A stretch of 64,000 nt of DNA, from contig OZ024740.1 of assembly GCA_964016885.1 (NCBI GenBank), positions 303,986,001-304,050,000 on the forward strand, in the 5' to 3' direction. This document shows, in pieces, positions 23,197 to 35,582 of this stretch. Position 1 is the stretch's first letter, and the number at the start of each line of letters is the position of its first letter. The translations under genes were made by a program, and so were the position numbers. The notes beneath the pieces are model-generated. The model did not search any database and was not told where the DNA came from. It was given only the letters and a program-made list of their open reading frames with translations. This DNA comes from Eledone cirrhosa. Taxonomy: Eukaryota.

Positions 23197-24102
23197 CTCC
23201 CCACTCGTTATATTAACTGTATCTCCTCGGTGTTTCGTGAAAGTCTGAGAGATCAGCTATATATTTGTTTACAATTTTTTTTTATATTTAGATGGAAAAG
23301 AAGGAAAAGACGACGAAACAGACGACTAAAATGAAAATCACAACAAAGACAAAGAAGACACGGGAAACAAAGATGACGAAAAGAAGAAGAAAGTATGATC
23401 TCAGTTCAGTCTAAACCTAATGATTTATAGATATGATCTTAGTTCAGTCTTAACCTAATGACCTGTAGATACGATCTATTTAGGTTTAACCTAAACATTC
23501 AAAGATATTTGTATATACTTTTGTTGATGTTTGACATTGTTTTTTTAGTTATGAAATAGCTTATAAGCTACATTATAGGATCACAGTGCATGAGCACACT
23601 GCTCTTTAAATTAACTTTATCTCCTCAGCACTTTGTAAAGTCTGAGAGATAGGCAACATATATGTTTTACATTCTTTGTTTTTGGTATTTAGATGGGAGA
23701 GGAGAAGATAAAGGCACAGAAGAAGTCAAAGGCACAGAAGCAGTCAAAGGCACAGAACCAGTCAAAGGCACAGAAGAAAACAAAGGCACAGAAGGAGACA
23801 AAGAAAATGAACAAGAAGAACAATTATTATTACTATTACTATTATTATTGTTATTATTATTTGTATTATTATAATCAAACTAAGCCACACTACATCAATC
23901 TATACCATACCACACCACACTGACAAACATTATACCATACCACATTATCCAACACCACACTACGAAACACTGTACGACCTCACATCAGACCATGCTATGA
24001 AACAATATACCATACTACACTATACAACAATAGACAACACCACACAAGACTATGAAACACTATACTTTACCACACTATATCACACCACTCAAGTTAGAGA
24101 GG

Positions 24103-27100
24103 ATCAACTTTTTTCCTGGAAAGTAGAAAACCTAACTTTAAGCTAAAACCGAACTTTAAAAATAACACTTACCCTAACACTTGCACTCACACATGCTCTA
24201 ACACTTGCACTCACACATGCTCTAACAGTGAACTTAGCGCTAACATGAAAACTAACACAAACACAAAATCTGAAAACTAACATTAAATAGAAAATTAACA
24301 CAAACACTAACCTGAACACTAACACTAAAACTGACACTAACACTAACCTGAACACCAGCACTAAAACTAACACTACCGTAAACACTAATACAAACACTAA
24401 CACTAACCTGAACACTTACACTAAAACTAACATTAGCACAAACATTAGCCTGAACACTAGCACTAAAATTAACACTACCATAAACACTAACACTGACCTG
24501 AGCACTAACACTAAAAGTAACACTAACACAAACACTAATCTGAAAACTGATACTAACCAGAAAACTAAGCTAACATTAACTTCAACACTAAAACAAACAC
24601 TAACGCTAACAGAGATACTAACACAAATATTAACACAAAAACAAACACTAACACAATCTCTAACACTAACCTCAACACTAACACTAAAACTAACATTAAC
24701 TTGAACACTAACTCTAACTTGAAAACTAAGCTAACATTAACCTGAACACTAACATAAACACTAATGCTAACACTAACAGAAATACTAATGCTAACATTAA
24801 CGCTAACCTTAACACAAAAACAAAGACTAACGCTAACACAATCACTAACACTAATGGAAACATCAAACACTAATGCTAACAGAGATACTAACACAAATAT
24901 TAACACAAAAACAAATACTAACACTAACATAATCTCTAACACTAACCTTAACACTAAAACTAACACTAACATTAACTTGAACACTAACACTAACCTGAAC
25001 ACTTACACTAAAACTAACACTAACAGAGATACTAACAGAAATATTAACACAAAAACAAACACTATCACAATCTCTAACACTAAAACTAACATTAACTTGA
25101 ACACTAACACTAACCTGAAAACTAAGCTAACATTAACCTGAACACTAACACAAACACTCATGCTAACACTAACAGAAATACTAATGCTAACATTAACACA
25201 AAAACAAAGACTAACGCTAACACAATCACTAACACTAATGGAAACATCAATCACTAATGCTAACAGAGATACTAACACAAATATTAACACAAAAACAAAC
25301 ACTAACACAATCTCTAACACTAACCTTAACACTAAAACTAGCATTAACACTAACATAACTTGAACACTAACACTAACCTGAACACTTACACTAAAACTAA
25401 CATTAACCTAAACACTAGCACTAAAACTAACACTACCATAAACAGTAACACAAACACTACCATAAAAACTAACACTAAAAAAAACACTAACACTAACCTG
25501 AACACTAACACTAAAACTAACACGAAAACTGATACTAACCAGAAAACTAAGCTAACATTAACCTCAACACTAAAACAAACACTAACATTAACAGAAAAAC
25601 AAAGACTAGCACTAAACACTGATGGAAACACTAACACAAACATTAACACAAAATAAAACACTAACACTAATGGAAAAAATAACACTAACACTAAAACTAA
25701 CACTACCATAAACAGTAACACAAACACTAACACTGATCTGAGCACTAACAGTAACACTAACACTACCATAAAAACTAACACTAAAAAAAACACTAACACT
25801 AACCTGAACACTAACACTAAAACTAACCCGAAAACTGATACTAACCAGAAAACTAAGCTAACATTAACAGAAAAACAAAGACTAGCACTAACACTAATGG
25901 AAACACTAACACAAACATTGACACAAAATAAAACACTAACACTAATGGAAAAAATAACACTAACACTACCGTAAACACTAACACTAACCTGAACACTAAC
26001 ACTAAAACTGACATTAACACGAACATTAACCTGAACACTAACACTACCACTAAAACTAACACTACCATAAACCACTAACCTGAGCACTAACACTAAAAGT
26101 AACACGAGCCCTAACCTGAAAACTAACACTAACCAGAAAACTAAGTCAACATTAACCTGAACACTAACACAAACACTAACACGAACACTAATGGAAACAC
26201 TAACACTAACACCAATGCTGACACTGACGAAGATGGCTATGCTGGCACAAACGCTAGCGCAAATGTTGACACAATCGCTTACGCTGACACAAACACTAAC
26301 GTGAATACTGATGCAGGTGCAAAGCCAAATGCTGACAAAGACTCTGACGCACACGCTGATGTAAATGCTACACAGACTCTAACGCTAACGTGGACACTGA
26401 CACAAATGCTCACGCTGATGCAAACACTAAAGCAAATGCAGACACTAATGCAAACACAGACGCAAATGTTGATGCAGATGTTAAAGCAAACGTAAATGCT
26501 GACACAAACGATGACAGCGATGCTAATGTGAACCTTAACGCAGACGTAAACATTGACGTAGAAGCTAAAGGAAACACTGATGCAAACACTAATGAAAATG
26601 CTGACGCAGACGCTGACACAGACGCTAACACACGTTAACACAGATACTAACGTAAACACTGACGCAGATGCTAATATAAACAATGACGCAGACGCTAACA
26701 TAAACGCTGACACAGATGCTGACACACGTTGACGCTAATGTAAACGATGACGCAGACGCTAATGTAAACGATGACGTAGAAGCTAACGTAAACGCTGACA
26801 CAGACGCAAATGTAAACGCTGACACTGATGTAGATGTAAATACAGACACTGACACAGACGCTGACGTAGAAGCTAACACAAACGCTGACACAGACACTAA
26901 TGTAAGCGCTGACGTAGAAGCTAATGTAGATGCTGACATAGAAGCTAATGTAAACGATGACGTAGATGTTAACGTAGACGCTGACGTAGAAGCTAACGTA
27001 GACGCTGATGTAGAAGCTAACGTAAACGCTGACGTAGAAGCTAACAAAACGCTGACGTAGTTGTTAACGTAGATGCAGGCGTAGAAATTAGCGTTTACCC

Positions 27101-28241
27101 TTACCGCCGAAGCTGATCTCCAAAACGCAATTGCTGATGCGGATTGCTAAAGCCAAGCTAACGCTGACACAAAGGTTGAGGCAGTTTTGCCGGCGCTGAC
27201 GTGTATGCTGACGCTAACGCAAATGCTGATGCGGACGCTAGGGCTAAGGCTAACGCTAACGCTGATGCAAATGCTGAAGTTAACGCTTACATGGGATATG
27301 CAGACGCTGCAATGATGCGGACGCCACAGGAAAGGTTAATGGAAACGCCAATGCTAACGGAAACGCTGACGTAGACGTTACGGAAACGCTGACGTAGAAG
27401 CTAACGTAAACGCTGACACAGACGCTAACGTAAATGCTGACACAGACGCTAACGTAAACACTGACGTTAACTGAAACGTTGACGCTGATGTAGATGTAAA
27501 TACTGACGCTGACACAGATGTGGTCGGAAACGCTGACATAGATGCTAACGTAAACACTGACGTAGAAGCTAACGGAAACACTGACACAGACGCTAACGGA
27601 AATGCTGACAAAGACGTTAAAGGAAACGCTGTCGCAAACGCTAATGCTAATGTGAATGCAGATGCTGACGCAAATGCTAACCCCTGCACAAATGCAAACG
27701 CTAATGCTAACACTGACTCAAACCCTAATGCAAATGCTGACGTGCACGCTGATGCAAACGCTGACACTGAGGGAAATACTGACACTGACACAAGTGCTGA
27801 CATGGACGCTAATGATAATGCTGACTCAGAAGCTGACGTAGACGTAGGCACTGAAACAAACACTAATGCTAACACTAATCTTGACTCAGACGCTAAGGAA
27901 ATGCTGACACAATCACTATCACCAATGCAGACGCTGACGCAAATGCTGACATAGATGCTGGCACTTACGCAAACACTAAGGCTAATCCAAACACTAACGC
28001 AGATGCTAACACCAGTCTACATAGACACTAACACAAAAGCTTACATAGATGCTTATGCAAATGCTAACGCTGATGCAGACAATAACGCAAACAGTAACTG
28101 TAAGAGTAACAGTTACAGTAGCACTAACAGTGACAGTAATGCTAACAGTAACACAGTCACTAACAATAAACTTACCATTAACAGTAAAACTTACCCTAAC
28201 ACTAACCATAAATTTAACATTAACCCAGAGAAAAAAGTCAT
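24103..28241. repeat. 4.1-kb degenerate hexamer array (AACACT grading to GACGCT/AACGCT and back) with higher-order duplications, bounded by imperfect inverted repeats
   Basis: 6-bp periodicity throughout. Ends are ATCAACTTTTTTCCTGG (24103-24119) and CCAGAGAAAAAAGTCAT (28225-28241). Confidence 0.9.
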
Positions 28242-28319
28242 TTGCAATCGCATTTAAGGTCACTCTTTAAGATATAGAAGATAGGCATTACATTTTAATG
28301 ATTTTAATTTAAAGAGAAT

Positions 28320-30900
28320 CACGCTATACGATGCAACACAATAACACACCTCACCACACTAACCTACACTACACCAAACCAGATTATACCATACCTTGGT
28401 AAATTTATGATAGGTTTCCATGTTATAACTACACCAAACTAAACCATACCAAACTACACCAAACCAAACCACACCAAACCAAACCACACCATAACAAACT
28501 ACACCATACTACATCACACCATGCTATTGAACTCAGTGTGAAACATTTTCTTCCTGCTTTTTTGTCTTTTTTGTGTGTGTGCTTACCACACAATCTGACA
28601 TTAAAAGTGTTCGCAATTAACTATTTTTTGCACATATTATCAATGAAGACTTTGAAACCTGTTAAAAATGACTAGTGGTTAGAGCATTGGCCTTGCAATC
28701 GAAAGGTTGTGAGTTCAATTATCAGACCAGGTGGTGTGTTGTTTCCTTGAGCAAGACACTTTATTTCACATTGCTCCAGTTTACTCAGCTGTAGAAATGA
28801 GATGATAGGGACTGGAGTCCCTATCATTCCACTGCAAAGTGGTCGTGTAGGTGCCACAGCAAAAACCACCCAGCACTCACTGTAAATGAGGTTGGTGTTA
28901 GGAAGGGCATCCAGCTGTAGAAATCAAGCCAGAATCAGTTCCCGTCCCACCCTTGGACGTAAAATGATGATGATGATGGTAAAAGCATAGTCGGCTGTGA
29001 GCATGTTGGAGGTTGGAAAACCATACCACATTAAACTACATCAAACTACACCATACTACATCACACCATGCTATTAATCTCAGTGAGAACATTTTTCTTC
29101 CTTTTTTTTTTTTTTCTGTGTGTGTGTGCTTACCACCTAATCTGATATCAAAGGTGCTCACAAATGACTATTTTTTTACACATTATCAATGTATATAACT
29201 TGTAAACCTATCATTTGCAATAGGTTCCCATGTCATAACTACGACAATCCAAATCACACCATAACAAACTACACCATTCTACATCACACCATGCTTTTGA
29301 TCTCAGTGTGAAAAATTTTCTTCCTGTTTCTTTTTTTTTTTGTGTGTGTTCTTACCACCCAATTTGACATAAAAGGTGCTCGCAAATTACTATTTTATGC
29401 ACATATTATCAATGGTTATGACATGGAAACCTGATGAAAATGACTAGCTTTGTAGAAAAAAGAGGGAGGATGTGGGTGGAAATACCATTTACAAAGCTAG
29501 CCATTTTTTATTGCAGCGGAAGTCATATTTTTTGTTAATATGCTAAAAGCATAGTCCACTGCGAGCTCCTTGGAAGTTGATAGCACATGCAAAAATGAAG
29601 GAAAAATTTTTTTTCTAACATAAATCAAAGTGGAAATTTAAATCCTCACTTATAACAAAGCACACCACAGCACATTAATCTACCCCAATCCAGACAAATA
29701 AATTCACCATAACCATACTTCACTATATGGTAAATTTATTACAGAACACCTACTCCTACCATTACATCACACCATGGTACGGACGTCAGTGTGACAAATT
29801 TGCTACCTGCTTTTTTTTTTGTGGTTACCACCTCAAACTAACATCAAAGATGCTTGCAAATGACTATTTCCCCACACATTATCAATGAATATGACATGGG
29901 AATCTATCGTTTACAATTGGTTTCCATTTCATAACTTCACCAAACCACACCATACCAAGTTACACCATACTACATCACACCAAGCTATTGATCTTGGTGT
30001 GAAACATTTTCTTCCCGTTTCCTTTTTTTTTGTGTGTGTGTGCTTACCACTCAATCTGACATTAAAGGTGGTCCCAATTGACTATTTTTTTTCCATTTAT
30101 CAATCATTATGACATGGAAACCTGTCGAAAATGACTATCTTTGTAGAAACTTCACCAAACCACACCATACTACATCACACCAAGATTGTGGTGTGACAAA
30201 TTTTCATTTGGCATTTTATTTTTTTTTTTTTTTGTGTGCTTACCACCCAATTTGACATAAATGGTGCTTGCAAATTACTATTTTATGCACATATTATCAA
30301 TGGTTATGACATGGAAACCTGATGAAAATGACTAGCTTTGTAGAAAAAAGAAGCAGGATGAGGTTGGAAATACCATTGACGAAGCTAGCCATTTATTATT
30401 GCAGCGGAAGCCGTATTTTTTGTTAATATGCTAAAAGCATAGTCCACTGCGAGCTCCTTGGAAGTTGATAGCACATGCAAAAATGAAGGAAAATTTTTTT
30501 TTCTAACATAAATCAAAGTGGAAATTTAAATCCTCACTTGACAAAGCACACCACAGCACATTAATCTACCCCAATCCACACCATATACTTCACCATAACC
30601 ATACTTCACCATATGGTATTACAGAACACCTACTCTTACCATTTACATCACACCAATGCTCGCAGTTGACTATTTTTTTCACATATTATGAATGAATATA
30701 ACTTTGAAACCTAACGTCAATGATTAGCTTTGTAGAAAAATGAAGGCAGAAAGTGGGTGGAAAAACCATTCACAAAGCTAGTCATTTTTAATTGCAGTGG
30801 AAATCATATTTGTTGTTAATATGCTAAAAAAATAGTCAATTGCAAGCATTTTGGAGGTCGGATTAGTTGATAGGACATAAAAAAACAAAGGAAAACAAAT
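28320..30900. repeat. Composite satellite: 200-230 bp subunits plus a higher-order duplication with about 890 bp offset
   Basis: CCATACTACATCACACCATGCTATTGATCTCAGTGTGAAACATTTT...CTTACCAC...ACATATTATCAATG recurs about 7 times. 29345-29770 matches 30235-30655. Confidence 0.85.
28672..28978 (+). mobile_element. tRNA-derived SINE with CORE-like domain and RTE-derived tail
   Basis: A box TAGTGGTTAGAGC, B box GAGTTCAATT, TCCTTGAGCAAGACACTTTA, hairpin ATGATAGGGAC/GTCCCTATCAT, (TGA)n tail. Confidence 0.88.
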
Positions 30901-31010
30901 ATTGTCTATATGTTCCTGTGGAAAGTCGGGTCTTCTGTATTACTGTGTGACGCCAGAGGTCATGGTCGTGTGTCATTGCCCTTGAGAGGTGCAATTGGGA
31001 AAGGTCGGCT

Positions 31011-31507
31011 TAGAAATATTTACTTCTGCGTTCACAGATTGATTTTTTTTTAGTTTCAGAAGATCCCATTAAGGGTGAAAGCAGCCGATTCTTTGCTTAA
31101 ACTTTAATCTGTTATTTTAATAAATATTTGCTCTACAGTTTTTATATATTTGATATATATTTATCTTTAGCGAGCCCTCTTTGGATGTTAGTCTTCAAAT
31201 TTATTATTATTACTATTTGGCTCCCTTGACTGAGTACTCTATTGACTTATATTCATCATGCAGAAACATCTGAATATTTCTACAAAGAACATACCCGTAC
31301 CAAGCAGGAAGAAATAGCTAAAACTACGTCTCCACGAACCAAAGTATCGTCTTCCTGTCTTCCTTCGGTTGCAACGTTTTTCGAAATATTTTCTTCTGCG
31401 TTCATAGATTGATTTTTTTTTAGTTTCAGAAGATCCCATTAAGGGTGAAAGCAGCCGATTCTTTGCTTAAACTTTAATCTGTTGTTATTTTAATAAATAT
31501 TTGCTCT
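31011..31507 (+). mobile_element. Retrozyme-like tandem repeat (370-nt unit, two hammerhead motifs); continues at 33481-33562 after an RTE insertion
   Basis: 31013-31137 is repeated at 31383-31507. Each copy holds a hammerhead fold with cores at 31057 and 31427. Confidence 0.75.
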
Positions 31508-33473
31508 CATCATCATCATCATCATCACCGTTTTACGTCCGTTCTTCCACGCTAGCATGGGTTAGACGGGTTGTCCTGTTGTGGGCAGTGTCTGGTCGGC
31601 TGACCATGCCTTGCTCATACAGGAACTGATCTGGCTTGATTTCTACAGCTGGATGCCCTTCCTAACACCAACCTCATTTACAGTGAGTGCTGGGTGCTTT
31701 TTCGTGGCGCCTACACGTCCACTTTACAGTGTGGGCTGGGTGCTTTTTTGCCGTGGCACCTCCACGACCACCTTGCAGTGGGAGGGTGTGGGGGCATATT
31801 GTTTATATGCTTCAGCATGTACCCATGGGAGGTCGGGTACCCTGTATTACTGCGTGACGCCAGAGGTCACGGTCGTGTGTCATTGACTTTGAGAGGTGTA
31901 GTTGGGTAAGGTCGGCTTTTATCACCTCATCCCAAGTCATCTTGGGTCTCCCCACTCCGCGGTTTCCATCAACTTCTAGTGCTCTGCACCTTTTTATGCA
32001 GCTGTCATCCTTCATACGCATCACATGTCCATACCAGCGTAACCGCCTCTCCTGCACGCAGCATTTGATTCCTCTTATGCTCAGTCTCTCTCTCAATTCC
32101 TTTATGCTTTGTCGTTCACGTATATTACTGTTACACATCCATCGGAGCATGCAGGCTTCGTTTCTCTCTAATCTACGTAAGTCTTCCACCTTCAGCGCCC
32201 AGGTCTCACTACCATGCAACATCGCTGTTCGGATACACGCATCATACAGTCTGCCTTTCATTCTGAGGGAGAAGCCTTTTGCAGCTAGCAGTGGTAGTAG
32301 TTCCCTAAACTTCTTCCATCCCGTTCTTACCCTAGTTATTGTACTTTCTGAGCACCCACCTCCGTTGCTAATTCGGTCACCTAGGTAGCAGAAGCTGTCT
32401 ACTGTTTCTACAGGGCCCTCCCAGAGATTGGTGGTACTTGTTTCCTGTGGCTGTTTGCTTGCTGTTTCAGCACAGCTGCTGCATGTGAATCCTACATTCT
32501 TAATTAAGCTTCCTGAGATCCCGCTACATCTCTTGTGTACCCATTGTTTGCATTTGGGGCAAAGAATGGAGTTCCTACCTACACCTTTCCTACATACTGA
32601 GCAAGGCCATTTCCCTGAGGGGATCTGGGTTCTGTTTTCTCGTCTACTTATAAGGACCTTAGTCTTTGTCATGTTGACTTTGAGGCCCTTTCTCTCTAGT
32701 CCCTGCTTCCAGGTTTGGAATTTATTCTCTAGTTCTACCATAGATTCAGCTATGAGTGCGAGGTCATCAGCATACAGGAGTTCCCATGAGCATCCGGTCT
32801 TAAACTCCTCCGTTATTGCCTGCAGGACTATGATGAACAGGAGAGGGCTAAGAACAGAGCCCTGGTGGACCCCAACCTGTACGCTAAATTCCTCGCTATA
32901 CTCATTGCCAATCCTAACTTTGCTGACTGCTCCCCTATACATGGCTTGTACCGCTGTCACAAGCCATTCATCTACTCCTAGTTTTCTAAGAGCCCACCAG
33001 ATTACTGCACGTGGAACTCTGTCAAAGGCTTTCTCAAGGTCGACAAATGCCAAGTAGAGTGGCTTACTTTTAGCTAGGTACTTTTCCTGTAATTGCCTCA
33101 CAAGGAAGAGGGCATCAGTGGTGCCTTTCCCTGGTACAAACCCAAATTGCATCTCGTCTATATTCACCCGGTCCCTAATCAGCTGTGCTATAACTCTTTC
33201 TGTTACTTTCATGACCTGGTCCATCAACTTTATACCTCTATAGTTTCCTCTATCTAGTGCATCGCCTTTACCTTTGTAGCAGTTGACAATGATGCTACTG
33301 CACCAATCTTTTGGTATGGCCCCCTCTAGTATTACCTGGTTAACGATACGTGTGGTTATAGTGTGACCTACAGACCCAGATGCCTTCAGCATCTCGGCAG
33401 CTATACCCGATGGACCGGTTGCCTTCCCTATCTTCATATCTCTGATTGCCTTACTTACTACGCTGCCGCTGAC
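31508..33473 (-). mobile_element. Young 5'-truncated RTE LINE (family A) with an open 541-aa RT ORF (31812-33437), (TGA)n tail and TSD TTGCTCT
   Basis: NYRGIKL, FVDLEKAFDRV, GVHQGSVLSP, YADD, FCYLG and RLRWYGHVMRM. TSD at 31501-31507 and 33474-33480. Confidence 0.96.
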
Positions 33474-33649
33474 TTGCTCTATGGTTCTTATATAATTGAT
33501 ATATATTTATCCCTATCAAGCCCTCTTTGGATTTTAGTCTTCATATGTATTATTATTACTCATATATATATATACTCTTTTACTCTTTTACCTGTTTCAG
33601 CCATCCGGCTGAGGCCATGCTGGGGCACCGCCCTTTATATATATATATA

Positions 33650-33850
33650 TAATGGAAAAATTTGAACAGGAACAAAACAGAGAGGCAGTACAACGAATGT
33701 TTATTAATTTCACGCTCTGGAGAGTGGGGTGGTGGTGGGGAACGACGTTTCGGGCATAAGCCCTTCCTCAGGTGAGAAGTGTGTGGGAACAGAGTTCAAA
33801 GGGTGTGTAGGGGAGTGGTGGAGAGACATATAGCGAAAGGAAATGGTGCG
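33650..33850 (-). mobile_element. Penelope pLTR-like fragment with a hammerhead core
   Basis: CTGAGGA-A-GGGCTTATGCCC-GAAACGTC at about 33744-33771. Stem I is not clearly formed. Degraded relative at 59824-59850. Confidence 0.55.
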
Positions 33851-34143
33851 AATGAAATTAAAAATAAAAATAAAAATAAAAATAAAGCATGATCAAAATA
33901 AAAGGAATGAAATAAAAATAAATATAAAAGCATGATCAAAATAAACTGAAATTAAAAAGGGGTAAAACAGGTGGTGGAAGGGTGTGGGGTGTGTAGGGGT
34001 GGCGGCGGGTGGAGTGGGGAGAGGGAGATGGGGTGTCTGAGCGGGGAGGGCTGAAGGTGGTGTGTGTGTGTAGGTGTACGTGTGTGTGTGTGTGTGTGAA
34101 AGTAAGGGTTGGGGGAAGAACGGGGTTGCATGTTCAGGAAGAG

Positions 34144-34174
<31 letters not shown>

Positions 34175-34207
34175 GGGGGGTTGTAGGTCGGAGTGTATAT
34201 ATATATT

Positions 34208-34867
34208 CAAAGATCGGAATTAAGAGTATTCCGCAGTTCACTGTAATAATAATAATAGTATTAGCTCAAAGAAGAATAGAGAATTTCCTTCTGAGCTCAA
34301 ATGCAAATATATTACACAAAGAGAAGTGTGTTACACAGTGAGATGTGTGTAAAGAATTATTACAAGTGAGTTTTACCGTTACTGTATAGAGAATTAAATA
34401 GAAAAAAACTAAGTCAGAATCAAATCTCTGAATTAGAGTTTTAAATTACCAACCTTATAACTATAAGTTTGCTGATACGAATCTCGCTTCGTTTCACCAC
34501 TGATATGTGCAGTGTAACAGGTCACAGGATCCTCAGTCAGCAAATGTGGACACTGTTCACGACACATCTAACCTCATGGATAGAGAGAAAGCTAATATAC
34601 ACGCTGCCCAGAGTAGGGCGAAATCACGTGTTATTTGCATCAAATAACGGCTCTCATGGATTGGGGAAAATGCTAGAGAGGGCAGCCCAACCATTTGAAT
34701 TTATTAGCTCAACAATTTGGAGCTCGTTAAGTATACAAAGATCGGAATTAAGAGTATTCCGCAGTTCACTGTAATAATAATAATAGTATTAGCTCAAAGA
34801 AGAATAGAGAATTTCCTTCTGAGCTCAAATGCAAATATATTACACAAAGAGAAGTGTGTTACACAGT
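34208..34867 (-). mobile_element. Retrozyme-like element: 528-nt unit with a 132-bp direct terminal repeat and a central hammerhead
   Basis: 34208-34339 matches 34736-34867 with no differences seen. Hammerhead at 34468-34544. No transposon ORF. Confidence 0.8.
34468..34544 (-). ncRNA. Canonical type I hammerhead ribozyme with enlarged stem II
   Basis: TTTGCTGA-CTGAGGA-[34 nt]-GAAA-CGAA gcgaga TTCG-TA^TCAGCAAA: 8-bp stem I, 5-bp stem III, GUA cleavage triplet. Confidence 0.9.
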
Positions 34868-35177
34868 AGTTCAATTCTCACACCGGGTGACACTTTATTT
34901 CACATTGCTTCAGTTTACTCAGCTGTAGAAATGAGATGATAGGACTGGGGTCCCTATCATTCCACTGCAAAGTGGTCGTGGAGGTGCCACGGCAAAAAAG
35001 CACCCAGCCCACACTGTAAAGTGGATGTGGAGGTGCACAGGAAAAAAGCACCCAGCACTTACTGTAAATGAGGTTGGTGTTAGGAAGGGCATCCAGCTGT
35101 AAAAATCAAGCCAGAATCAGTTCCCGTCCCACCCTTGCAAGCAGGGAAAAAGTGGACATAAAATGAAATGATGATGA
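34868..35177 (+). mobile_element. tRNA-SINE (head truncated, family-B tail)
   Basis: Homologous to 28672-28978. Confidence 0.85.
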
Positions 35178-35510
35178 ATGCTCCCAGCTGTGGTCAGCCC
35201 ATAGTATCAAACTAACCATGGAGCTTGAAGCAATCCAATGAAACTACACCAAGAAGGTTGCCGCGATGAAGGAGATAAACTACTGGGAGAGTCTAAAAGA
35301 ACTGAAACTCTACTCCTCGGAATGAAGACGGGAGAGATATGCAATGATATACATATGGAAAATCCTGGGGGGACTAAGACCAAACTTTCGCATTGAGAGC
35401 TGGACCAATTCTCGAACAGGACGTCACTGTGTGGTACCAAAGGTCCCGTCTTCCACATCTAGAATCAGGAGCAGCTATTGCAATAACCTGGGATTCAAAG
35501 GCCCTCAACT
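35178..35510 (+). mobile_element. CR1/L2-type LINE 3' coding fragment
   Basis: IYIWKILGG...GFKGPQL. Same family as 39420-40020. Confidence 0.8.
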
Positions 35511-35582
35511 TGGTTTTCAAAATTTAAATTTGTGTTTCCTATTCATCAATGCTTCAAGCAAGCTATAAAACTCTGTTATATT

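Noticed and set aside
24143-28270. Long ORFs rich in V/L, T/N or D/A/N (antifreeze- or beta-solenoid-like)
   Set aside because: These are by-products of a hexamer array, open on both strands with frequent frame breaks and no splice or signal-peptide evidence.
29425-29525. CTGATGA followed by a long hairpin (possible hammerhead)
   Set aside because: GAAA does not abut the stem, and other satellite units read CTGTTAA or CTGTCGA.
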